Of a stretch of DNA of 64,000 nucleotides, positions 47,805-56,425 are shown piece by piece; the stretch's first letter is position 1; the number at the start of each line of letters is the position of its first letter. The notes under the pieces were generated by a model. The model searched no databases and had not been told where the DNA came from. It saw only the letters and a program-made list of their open reading frames with translations. This DNA comes from an uncultured Candidatus Rokubacteria bacterium (GTDB lineage: Bacteria; Methylomirabilota; Methylomirabilia; Rokubacteriales; CSP1-6), in NCBI GenBank assembly GCA_963762145.1, contig CAVXJS010000014.1, positions 448,001 to 512,000 on the forward strand, in the 5' to 3' direction. The position numbers and the translations under genes are program-made.

Positions 47805-48647
47805 TCAGGCGGAGGCCGCCGGCTGCCTGCGGCGCCCGAGCCAGAAGCGGGCCAGGTCGTCGGGACGCGGCCACCACACCCGGCCCTTGCCCAGGATGAG
47901 CTGGATGAGCCGCTCGACCATGCGCAGGCGCGCCGGCCGGCCGATGATCTGGGGATGGGCGAGCCAGTTGAAGAAGCCGCCCTCCGCGTAGAGCCCCTCG
48001 AACTCCTCGGACCAGATCTCCCACACGTCCTGCTGGCTCCAGATGCCGTTGCCGACCGGGGGCACCGCGCTCCACAGGAAGAACGGCGCGTCGTTGTTGC
48101 ACCACGCGGTGGGGAACTCCACCAGCGGGCCGTGCGCGGTCTCGTGGCAGTAGGGCAGGTCGGTGTCGAGCGCGTTGCTGTGGTAGAGGAAGCCGTGCCG
48201 CGCGAGCAGCTCCATGGTGTGCCGGCTCGGGTCGGCGGAAGGCGTGCGCGAGCCGAGCGGAACCACGCCGAGCACCTTCTGGAAGATCTCGAGGCTTCGC
48301 ACGAGCAGCGCTTCCTCTTCCTCGCGGCTCTTCATGAAGAACGGCTTCTCGTGCAGGTAGCCGTGGTGGCCCACCTCGTGGCCGTGCTTCAGGATCTCCT
48401 CGCAGAGCGCGGGGTAGCGCTCCACGATCCAGCCGGGGATGAAGATGCAGGTCTTGATCCCGTAGCGGTCGAGCAGCTCGAGGATGCGCGGCATGCCGGT
48501 CTTGGGGCCGTAGGCGCCCATGGACATGTGCAGCGGCCGCTCGGCCAGCGCGGGGTCGCGGTGGATCCACGGGCTCTCGCCGTCGAGGTCGAACGTCATC
48601 ATGACGGCGCAGCGCGCGCCGTCGGGCCAGGTCACCGTCTCCGCCAT
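47805..48647 (-). CDS. Polysaccharide deacetylase (CE4, PuuE/HpPgdA-like), second copy
   Basis: WPDG.RCAV..TFDLD, YGPKTG.PRIL, HEVGHHGY.H, RTP, HPQIIGR. Confidence 0.9.
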   Translation of the reverse strand: MAETVTWPDGARCAVMMTFDLDGESPWIHRDPALAERPLHMSMGAYGPKTGMPRILELLDRYGIKTCIFIPGWIVERYPALCEEILKHGHEVGHHGYLHEKPFFMKSREEEEALLVRSLEIFQKVLGVVPLGSRTPSADPSRHTMELLARHGFLYHSNALDTDLPYCHETAHGPLVEFPTAWCNNDAPFFLWSAVPPVGNGIWSQQDVWEIWSEEFEGLYAEGGFFNWLAHPQIIGRPARLRMVERLIQLILGKGRVWWPRPDDLARFWLGRRRQPAASA

Positions 48648-48740
48648 CGCGTCCTCCGGGCGCGCCCACCAGGTGAGGTGCAGGGGCCCGAGAATAGTCC
48701 AGGCGCGCGGGGCCCCGCAACCCGCCGCGGGCCCCGGGCC

Positions 48741-48769
48741 TTGACGTGGCGGGGCGGCTCCGCCATCCT
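48741..48769 (+). promoter_or_regulatory. Putative sigma70 promoter of the SBP-hydantoinase operon
   Basis: TTGACG-N17-CATCCT. Confidence 0.4.
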
Positions 48770-48885
48770 TGGGCGCATCGAACGCGCCCGGTATCCTTCC
48801 GATGCCGGCCCGAACAGTGGTGACGGGTCCGCGCTCACGAGGCGGTTCGCAGTGATCACCGGCCAGGCTCATCAGGAGGCAGACC

Positions 48886-50151
48886 ATGCGGAGACGTGAT
48901 GTCGTGAAGCTCATGGGTGTGGGCGCGCTCGCCGCGTCGGCGCCGCGGGCCTGGGCGCAGGGCCGTGAGGTGGTGATCGGCGTGCTCTATCCGCTCAGCG
49001 GGCCGGTGGCGCAGGCGGGGGTGGACGCCAAGGCCGCCGCCGAGACCGCGGTCGAGATCGTGAACACCCGCCAGGACCTGGACCTGCCCCTGGCGCGGAC
49101 CGAGGGCCTCCCCGGGCTCGGCGGGGCGAAGCTCCGGCTGATCTTCGTGGACCACCAGGGCAAGCCGGAGCTGGGCCAGTCGGAGGCCGAGCGGCTGATC
49201 ACGCAGGAGAAGGCGGTGGCGCTGTACGGGGCCTACCACAGCAGCGTGTCGGCCACCGCGAGCGTGGTGTGCGAGCGGCTCGGCGTGCCGTATCTCTCGG
49301 GCGAGTCGTCCTCGCCCACGCTGCACCGGCGCGGGTTCAAGTGGTTCTTCCGGACCAGCCCGCACGACGAGCACTTCTCGATCGCGATGTTCGAGTTCAT
49401 GAAGGAGCTGCAGGCCCGGAGCGGGAAGAAGATCGCCACGCTCGGCATCCTCCACGAGGACACGCTCTTCGGCGCGGACTCGGCGCGGGTCCAGGAGCAG
49501 CTCGCCCAGGCGGGCGGCTACCGGGTGGTGGAGAAGCTCGCGTATCGAGCGCGGACCACCAGCATGCAGACCGAGGTGCAGCGGCTCAAGGCCGCGAACC
49601 CCGACGTCCTGCTGCCGACCTCCTACACCTCCGACGCGATCCTGTTCATCAAGACCGCCCGCGAGCTCGACTACAACCCGCCGATGATCCTGGCCCAGGA
49701 CGCGGGCTACGTGGAGAGCGACTTCGTGGCCGGCGTCGGCAAGGACGCCGACGGCGTGATGTCCCGCTCGGTGTTCTCGATGGACCTGGCCGCGAAGCGG
49801 CCGGTGATCGCCCGGGTCAACGAGATGTACAAGAAGCGCACGGGGAAGGACCTCAACGACAACACCTCGCGCGCCTTCACCGGCATGATCGTCCTCGCGG
49901 AGGCGATCAACCGGGCGGGCTCGACCGATCCGGAGGCGATCCGCAAGGCGCTGGCCGCCACCGATCTCAAGCCGAATCAGCTCATCATGCCGTGGAAGGG
50001 CGTGACCTTCGATCCCAAGACCGGCCAGAACGAGCTGGGCACTCCGCTGATCACCCAGTGGCGCGGCGGAGCGCTCAAGGTCGCCTGGCCCTTCGATCTC
50101 GCCTCCGGCGAGCTGATCTACCCGCTGCCCCGGTGGGCCGATCGCAAGTGA
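48886..50151 (+). CDS. LivJ/K-type ABC substrate-binding protein, Tat-type signal
   Basis: MRRRDVVK signal, IGVLYPLSG, GAYHSS, WFFRT. Confidence 0.92.
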   Translation: MRRRDVVKLMGVGALAASAPRAWAQGREVVIGVLYPLSGPVAQAGVDAKAAAETAVEIVNTRQDLDLPLARTEGLPGLGGAKLRLIFVDHQGKPELGQSEAERLITQEKAVALYGAYHSSVSATASVVCERLGVPYLSGESSSPTLHRRGFKWFFRTSPHDEHFSIAMFEFMKELQARSGKKIATLGILHEDTLFGADSARVQEQLAQAGGYRVVEKLAYRARTTSMQTEVQRLKAANPDVLLPTSYTSDAILFIKTARELDYNPPMILAQDAGYVESDFVAGVGKDADGVMSRSVFSMDLAAKRPVIARVNEMYKKRTGKDLNDNTSRAFTGMIVLAEAINRAGSTDPEAIRKALAATDLKPNQLIMPWKGVTFDPKTGQNELGTPLITQWRGGALKVAWPFDLASGELIYPLPRWADRK

Positions 50152-50170
50152 CGCGCGCCTCGATCCGGAC

Positions 50171-52204
50171 GTGAGCCTCCGCGTCGGCGTGGACGTGGGG
50201 GGCACCTTCACCGACGTCGTCTCGGTGGACGACGGGACGGGGGAGGTGCGCTCGTGCAAGGTGCCCACGGTGCCCGACAACCGGGCGCAGGGCGTGCTCG
50301 ACGGCCTGCGCGCGCTGCTCCGGGCGGGAGAGACGTGCGCCTCGCTCGCCCACGGGACCACCACCGTCACCAACGCCATCGTGGAGGGGCGCGTCGCCCC
50401 GGTGGGCCTCGTCACCACGCGCGGCTTCCGCGACGTGCTCGAGATCGCGCGGATGAACCGCGCGCATCTCTATCGTCTCGAGCGGCCCGCCCGGGCGGAG
50501 GCGCTGGTGCCGCGCCGCCGGCGCCTCGAGATCACCGAGCGGGTGGGCGCCGACGGCACCGTGCAGACCCCCCTCGCGCCCGGCGAGCTGGAGGGCCTCG
50601 TCGCCGCCCTCCGGACCGAGGGGGTGGAGGCGGTGGCGGTGTGCCTGCTGCACGCCTATGCGAATCCGGCGCACGAGCAGGCGCTCCGCCGCGCGCTCGA
50701 GCCGCACTTCCGCCACGTCTCGGTGTCGAGCGAGATCAACGCGGAGTTCCGGGAGTACGAGCGCACCTGCACCACCGCGCTGAACGCCAGCGTGATGCCG
50801 CTGGCCGACCGCTACCTGGGCGGGCTCATCGCCGCGCTCGGCGGCGGAGCGGGCGGGCCCGCGCTCCGCCTGCTGCACTCCGCGGGCGGCATGATGTCGG
50901 TGGCGGCCGCGAAGGCGCGGCCGCTCGCGATGGCGCTGTCCGGCCCCGCCGCGGGCGTGGCGGCGGCCGCCCACGTGGCGCGCGCGCTCGGGGTGGATCG
51001 CGCGCTCGCGTTCGACATGGGCGGCACGACCACCGACGTGTGCCTCATCAGCGACGGCGCGGCCGAGACCACCTCGCAGCGCCGGCTGGCCGACTACCCG
51101 GTGCGGCTGCCCATGGTGGCGGTGGAATCCATCGGCGCGGGCGGTGGCTCGCTCGCGCGCGTCGACGAGGTCGGCGCGCTCAAGGTGGGGCCGCAGAGCG
51201 CGGGCGCTCAGCCCGGGCCGGCGTGCTACGGCCAGGGCGGCACGCTCGCCACCGTGACCGACGCCAACCTGGTGCTCGGATACCTGAACCCGGCGCGTCT
51301 CTACGGCGGGAGCATCCGGATCGATCCCGACCGGGCCCGGAGCGCGGTGGAGACCGTCGGCCGGCGGCTCGGGCTCTCCACGCTCGAGGCGGCGCACGGC
51401 ATCGTGGAGGTCGCCAACGCGAGCATGCTGCGCGCGCTGCGCCTGGTCTCGGTGCAGCGCGGCCACGACCTGCGCCGGTTCTCGCTCATCGCGTACGGCG
51501 GCGCGGGCCCGGTGCACGCGGGCGCGCTCGCGCGGACCTGCGGGATCGGGCGCGTGATCGTGCCCGCGCACTCGGGCGCCTTCTCCGCGCTGGGCTGCCT
51601 GGTCTCGCCGCTCCGGTACGACGCGGTGCAGACGCACCGGGCCCGGCTCGACGCCTGGGACGGCAAGCTGATCGAGGACCGCTTCCGCTCGCTCGAGGAG
51701 CAGTGCCTGCGGCCGATCCTGGAGGAGGGCCACCCCGCGTCCGCGGTGGCCGTGGAGCGGAGCCTGGACGTTCGCTACGTGGGACAGAACTACGAGATCG
51801 AGCTGCCGTTCCTGCGCGACCCGGCCGGCCTGCGGGCGGCGTTCGAGGCGCGCCATCGCCGGCTCTATGGCTACGCCACCGGCGAGAGCGTCGAGGTCGT
51901 GAACCTGCGCGTGGTGGCGCGGCTCGGCGACGCCGCCCCTCACCCCGGCCCTCTCCCCAAAGGGGAGAGGGAGACTCCGTTGGGTGAGGGGGCCTCGGTC
52001 GCCGGCTCGCAGCGGGCCTATTTCCCCGAGACCGGCGAGATCACGATGCCGCGCCACGACCGCACCGTCCTCGCCGCCGGCGTCGTCGTGGCCGGGCCCG
52101 CGGTGATCGAGGACGAGTGGTCCACGATCATCGTCTACCCGGGCCAGCGGGCCGCCGCCGACGCGCGCGGCCATCTCATCCTGGACCTGGAGCCCACCTC
52201 GTGA
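50171..52204 (+). CDS. Hydantoinase A / oxoprolinase ATP-binding subunit
   Basis: GVDVGGTFTD, HGTT..TNA, EYER..T, SGPAAG, DMGGTTTD, IGAGGGS, GP.SAGA.PGP.CY, GGAGP.H. Confidence 0.95.
   Translation: MSLRVGVDVGGTFTDVVSVDDGTGEVRSCKVPTVPDNRAQGVLDGLRALLRAGETCASLAHGTTTVTNAIVEGRVAPVGLVTTRGFRDVLEIARMNRAHLYRLERPARAEALVPRRRRLEITERVGADGTVQTPLAPGELEGLVAALRTEGVEAVAVCLLHAYANPAHEQALRRALEPHFRHVSVSSEINAEFREYERTCTTALNASVMPLADRYLGGLIAALGGGAGGPALRLLHSAGGMMSVAAAKARPLAMALSGPAAGVAAAAHVARALGVDRALAFDMGGTTTDVCLISDGAAETTSQRRLADYPVRLPMVAVESIGAGGGSLARVDEVGALKVGPQSAGAQPGPACYGQGGTLATVTDANLVLGYLNPARLYGGSIRIDPDRARSAVETVGRRLGLSTLEAAHGIVEVANASMLRALRLVSVQRGHDLRRFSLIAYGGAGPVHAGALARTCGIGRVIVPAHSGAFSALGCLVSPLRYDAVQTHRARLDAWDGKLIEDRFRSLEEQCLRPILEEGHPASAVAVERSLDVRYVGQNYEIELPFLRDPAGLRAAFEARHRRLYGYATGESVEVVNLRVVARLGDAAPHPGPLPKGERETPLGEGASVAGSQRAYFPETGEITMPRHDRTVLAAGVVVAGPAVIEDEWSTIIVYPGQRAAADARGHLILDLEPTS
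51936..51991 (+). repeat. Hairpin element family B, copy 2, in frame inside hydantoinase A (encodes PHPGPLPKGERETPLGEG)
   Basis: CCCTCTCCCC-AAA-GGGGAGAGGG stem plus outer CCCCTCACCC/GGGTGAGGGG pairing; matches 34802-34836. Confidence 0.85.
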
Positions 52205-53841
52205 GCCAGCCGGCCGCGCGCGTCAGCCCGATCACCCTCGAAGTCGTCCGCCACGCGCTCTACGCGATCGCCGAGGAGATGAGCGTGATCATCATGCGCT
52301 CGGCCCGCTCGCCGCTCCTCAAGGAAGCGGGCGACCTCTCCTCCGCGCTGACGGATGCGGAGGGCCGGCTCATCGCGCAGGGCCGCGACATCCCGATCCA
52401 CATGGGCGTCATGGGCTTCACGGTGAGGGAGCTCCTCAAGCGCGTCCCGGTCGAGAGCCTGCGCGAGGGCGACGTGTGGTTCCTCAACCTGCCCGAGGTG
52501 GGCGGCAATCACCTGCCGGACGTGAAGGCGGTGCGGCCGGTCTTCCACCAGGGCCGGCTCATCGCGTTCGCGATCAACCTGGCGCACTGGGCCGACATCG
52601 GCGGCGCGGTGCCGGGCAGCTACGTGCCGTGGGCCACCGAGTGCTACCTCGAGGGGCTCCGGATCGCGCCGATCCGGCTCTTCACCGCGGCGGGGCCGGA
52701 GCGCCACAGCATCGACCTCGTGCTGTCGAACGTGCGCGGCCGCGAGGAGCGCGAGGGGGACATGCTGGCCCAGTTCGCGGCCAACGACGTCGCCGCGCGG
52801 CGCCTCGTCGAGCTGGCCGACGGCTACGGGGCCGACACCCTGGCGGCGTGCTTCGCGCGCCTGCACGAAGAGTCCGAGCAGCAGATGCGCGCGGCGATCG
52901 CGGCGCTGCCCGACGGGATCTGGGAGGGCGAGGACCATCTCGACGACGACGGGGTGGATGACCGGCCGATCCGGGTGGCGGTGCGCGTCGAGATCCGGGG
53001 GGACGAAGCCACGTTCGACTTCACCGGCACCGCGCCGCAGGCGCGCGGGCCCGTGAACACCACCTACTTCATCGCCTGCTCGGCGGTGTACTACGCGATG
53101 AAGGCCCTGGTCGCTCCCGAGGTGCCGCCCAACGACGGCTGCTACCGGCCGTTGAAGGTCGTGGTGCCGCCCGGGACCGTGCTGACCGCGGACCCGGACC
53201 GCCCGGTGGTGGGCGGCAATCACGAGACCTCGCAGCGGGCGGTGGACGCCATCTTCCGCGCGCTGGCGCCCGTCCTGGGCCACCGCGTCTCGGCGGGCGG
53301 TCCCACCACCGCCGGGCTCATGATCTTCGGGACCCGCCGGGCGGACGGCGGCTGGGGCATCTTCTACGAGGTGCACGGCGGGGGCGCGGGGGCCACGCGC
53401 GACGCCGACGGCTCCTCCGCGACCCGCGTGCACATGTCGAACGTGATGAACACCCCGGTCGAGGTGATCGAGCACGAGTACCCGATCGTGGTCGAGGAGC
53501 AGGCCCTCCGGGACGGCTCCGGCGGCGACGGGCGTCGCCGCGGCGGGCTCGGCCTGCGCCGCGCGTACCGGGTGACCGCGGACGAGGTCTCGCTCACCAC
53601 CATGCTCGAGCGTCGCGTGATCCCGCCGTGGGGCGTCGCGGGCGGCGCCGACGGCCTGCCGTTCCGGGTGACGCTCAACCCGGGACCGGCCGCGCGCGAC
53701 CTGCGCGGCAAGGAGACGGTGAGGCTCGCCGCGGGAGACCTCGTGGTGATCGAGACCTCGGGCGGCGGCGGCTTCGGCCCGCCCGGCGAGCGGCCGGCCG
53801 CGGCCCGCGAGGCCGATCGGCGCGAGGGCTACGCGCGATGA
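52201..53841 (+). CDS. Hydantoinase B / oxoprolinase subunit
   Basis: EEM....RSARSP, P.H.G, GNHLPD, HWADIGG..PGS, EGL, NTPVE..E..YP, GGGGFG.P..R. Confidence 0.95.
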   Translation: MSQPAARVSPITLEVVRHALYAIAEEMSVIIMRSARSPLLKEAGDLSSALTDAEGRLIAQGRDIPIHMGVMGFTVRELLKRVPVESLREGDVWFLNLPEVGGNHLPDVKAVRPVFHQGRLIAFAINLAHWADIGGAVPGSYVPWATECYLEGLRIAPIRLFTAAGPERHSIDLVLSNVRGREEREGDMLAQFAANDVAARRLVELADGYGADTLAACFARLHEESEQQMRAAIAALPDGIWEGEDHLDDDGVDDRPIRVAVRVEIRGDEATFDFTGTAPQARGPVNTTYFIACSAVYYAMKALVAPEVPPNDGCYRPLKVVVPPGTVLTADPDRPVVGGNHETSQRAVDAIFRALAPVLGHRVSAGGPTTAGLMIFGTRRADGGWGIFYEVHGGGAGATRDADGSSATRVHMSNVMNTPVEVIEHEYPIVVEEQALRDGSGGDGRRRGGLGLRRAYRVTADEVSLTTMLERRVIPPWGVAGGADGLPFRVTLNPGPAARDLRGKETVRLAAGDLVVIETSGGGGFGPPGERPAAAREADRREGYAR

Positions 53842-54620
53842 AGCTCGCCGACCGGGTCGCCATCGTCACCGGCGCGGCCAAGGGCATGGGCCGCGACATC
53901 TGCCTCGCGCTGGCCGGCGAGGGCGCGCACGTGGTGCTGGCCGCGCGCGAGGCCGCGCCGCTCGAGGCGGTGGCCCGCGAGGTCGAGGCCGCCGGCCGGC
54001 GCGCCCTGGCGGTGCCCTGCGACGTGGTGGACGAGGCCGCGGTGGAGCGGCTCGTCGCCCGGACCCGCGAGACGTTCGGCGGCCGCGTGGACATCCTGGT
54101 CAACGCGGCGGGGGTGACCGGGCCGGTCGAGACGCCGGTCTGGGAGATCCGGGGGGAGGACTGGGACCAGGTCCTGGGGGTCAACGTGCGCGGCACCTTC
54201 CTGCCGACGAAGCACGTGCTGCCGGTGATGATCGCGCAGCGCTACGGCAAGATCGTCAACATCAGCGGCAGCTCGGGGCTGCGGGGCTACAAGCTGCGGG
54301 CCGCCTACTCCGCTTCCAAGTGGGCGCTGCGCGGGTTCACGCGCACCGTCGCGCTCGAGGCGGGGCCCTACAACATCAACGTCAACGCGCTGCACCCGGG
54401 CATCGTCACCGGCGAGCGCATGGCCCGGCTCTGCCGCGACAAGGCCCGGAAGCGCGGCACCACGCCCGAGGCGATTCACGCCGAGTACGTGGCCGAGATG
54501 GCGCTCCGGCGCGTGACCACTCAGGAAGACATCGCCCGCGCGGTGCTCTTCCTGGTCTCCGAGGACTCGAAGAACATGACCGGCCAGTCCGTCACGGTGG
54601 ACGGCGGCTGGGACGTCTGA
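53838..54620 (+). CDS. SDR family oxidoreductase
   Basis: TGAAKGMG, VNAAG, YSASK, TGQ...VDGG. Confidence 0.92.
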   Translation: MKLADRVAIVTGAAKGMGRDICLALAGEGAHVVLAAREAAPLEAVAREVEAAGRRALAVPCDVVDEAAVERLVARTRETFGGRVDILVNAAGVTGPVETPVWEIRGEDWDQVLGVNVRGTFLPTKHVLPVMIAQRYGKIVNISGSSGLRGYKLRAAYSASKWALRGFTRTVALEAGPYNINVNALHPGIVTGERMARLCRDKARKRGTTPEAIHAEYVAEMALRRVTTQEDIARAVLFLVSEDSKNMTGQSVTVDGGWDV

Positions 54621-54628
54621 CGCGCCGC

Positions 54629-54663
54629 GCCGGGCCGGGAACCGCCGGCCCGGCTCCCGCGTT
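54629..54663 (+). promoter_or_regulatory. 10-bp GC hairpin overlapping a putative ECF promoter of the TPR gene
   Basis: Stem GCCGGGCCGG/CCGGCCCGGC (54629-54654); GGAAC-N17-CGTT at 54638-54663. Confidence 0.45.
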
Positions 54664-54684
54664 GAAGGCTCGGGAGAGCTTGCC

Positions 54685-55212
54685 ATGCTGACACCGCATC
54701 GTTACATCGCGCTACTCGGCGCCCTGCTGCTCACCCTGCTCACCGTCGGGCTGCCGGTTCCGGCCGGGGCGGCCGGGGGCGGGGGTAGCGAGGGGGCCAG
54801 CAGCCCCGCCAAACCCGAGGATCCGCAGTACACGTCGGCGGTGAAGGCCATCAAGGCCAACGAGTACGCGAAGGCCATCCCGCTGCTCCAGGGCGTGGTC
54901 TCGCGCGACGACAAGAACGCGGACGCCTACAACTGGCTGGCCTACGCCACCCGCAAGACCGGCGACGCGGCCGCCTCGCTGCCGCTCTACGAGAAGGCGC
55001 TGGCCATCGATCCCAAGCACAAGGGCGCGCACGAGTACATCGGCGAGGCCTACCTCATGCTCGACAACCTGCCCAAGGCCAAGGAGCACCTCGCCAAGCT
55101 CAACTCGCTCTGCTTCATCACCTGCGGCGAGTACCGCGATCTCAAGCGCGCGGTGGACGCCTACGAGAAGAGCGGCGGCAAGTCCAAGCCCACCGCCTCC
55201 TCGTCCTGGTAG
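54685..55212 (+). CDS. Exported TPR protein
   Basis: Signal peptide; ADAYNWLAY..RK.G, Y.KAL..DP.H.GA.EY.GE.YL; C-terminal C...C.EY. Confidence 0.88.
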   Translation: MLTPHRYIALLGALLLTLLTVGLPVPAGAAGGGGSEGASSPAKPEDPQYTSAVKAIKANEYAKAIPLLQGVVSRDDKNADAYNWLAYATRKTGDAAASLPLYEKALAIDPKHKGAHEYIGEAYLMLDNLPKAKEHLAKLNSLCFITCGEYRDLKRAVDAYEKSGGKSKPTASSSW

Positions 55213-55221
55213 CCCCGGCCG

Positions 55222-56415
55222 CTACGTGAAGTTGTAGAGACGGGCCGCGTTGTCGCAGATGATCGCGCGGCGGGTGGCGGCGGGGAGATGGCCCAGCTCG
55301 CGCGCGATGTACTCGCGGGAGTCGGGCCACACGCCGTCGGGATGCGGGAAGTCGGAGCCCCACATGACCTTGTCCACCCCTAGCTCGTCGAGCAGCTTCA
55401 CGCCCACCGGATCGGTCTGGTAGGTCGCCCACACCTGCCGCTTCCAGTACTCGCTCGGCGGCATCGTGAGCGAGAGATCCTTGAACTGATCCTCCCACTC
55501 CCCGTCCATGCGCCAGAGGATGTAGGGGATCCAGCCGATCCCCGCCTCGCCCAGCACCACGCGCAGGCGCGGGAATCGCTCGAGCACGCCGCCGTAGATC
55601 ATGGCCATGAGGATGTTGGCCATGTTGATCTGAAAGCCGGTGATGTGGGTGGCGAACGCGATGCGGGCCTCGCGCTTCTGCGCGTCGGTCACGTCCTTGC
55701 CCGCGCGCGTGAGATCGGAGCCGAGGAAGACGAGCTTCTGCATCTCCTCGGGGAGCCGGCTGCCGATGGTGTGGAAGTGCAGCGGCAGGCCGCTCGCGCT
55801 GATGACCTCCCAGAGCGGGTTCCAGTAGGGGTCCCAGAGGGGCGTCAGGTCCGTGGAGTTGGCGATGTCGAGCCCGCGCACCGCGCCGCGCTTGGCTACG
55901 CGCTCGACCTCCGCGATCGCCGCGTCGATGGGGGTGTTCGGGATCGACGCGAGCCCGGCGAAGCGCTCGGGGTGGCTGGAGCAGAAGTCGGCGAGCCACT
56001 CGTTGTAGACCCGCATGACCTCGACGACCGCTTCCGGGTCGTTCATCCGCCCGGTGGCGCCCAGGATGCCGTAGAGCACCTCGGCCTGCACGCCGTCGAG
56101 ATCCTGGTCCTTCAGCCGCAGCTCCGGCACCGTCAGCCGCCGGATGCCCTTCTTGCCGTCCGAGTAGAGCCCGGTCTCGGCCATGCGGTCGGCGCGATGG
56201 ATGCGCCCGGGCACGTACTCGCGCCCCGCCGAGCCCATGCCGCAGGCGAGCCCGAGGTTGGCGCCCTTCTTGGTGACCCACGTCGGCCCCTTGGGCTGAT
56301 CGATGACGTGGGGCATGCGGTCGCGGAGCGCGTGGCTCGCATTGGCGGTGAAGAGATCCGGTGGCAGCCAGCAGAGGTCGAGGTGGCAGTCGGCGGAGAT
56401 CATCTCGTAGCGCAT
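55222..56415 (-). CDS. Amidohydrolase-2 family protein
   Basis: ISADCH, RLKDQD.DGV.AEV.Y, YN.WLA.FC, HFH, E.G.GW.P, MWGSDFPH.D. Confidence 0.92.
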   Translation of the reverse strand: MRYEMISADCHLDLCWLPPDLFTANASHALRDRMPHVIDQPKGPTWVTKKGANLGLACGMGSAGREYVPGRIHRADRMAETGLYSDGKKGIRRLTVPELRLKDQDLDGVQAEVLYGILGATGRMNDPEAVVEVMRVYNEWLADFCSSHPERFAGLASIPNTPIDAAIAEVERVAKRGAVRGLDIANSTDLTPLWDPYWNPLWEVISASGLPLHFHTIGSRLPEEMQKLVFLGSDLTRAGKDVTDAQKREARIAFATHITGFQINMANILMAMIYGGVLERFPRLRVVLGEAGIGWIPYILWRMDGEWEDQFKDLSLTMPPSEYWKRQVWATYQTDPVGVKLLDELGVDKVMWGSDFPHPDGVWPDSREYIARELGHLPAATRRAIICDNAARLYNFT

Positions 56416-56425
56416 GGGGGCCTCC

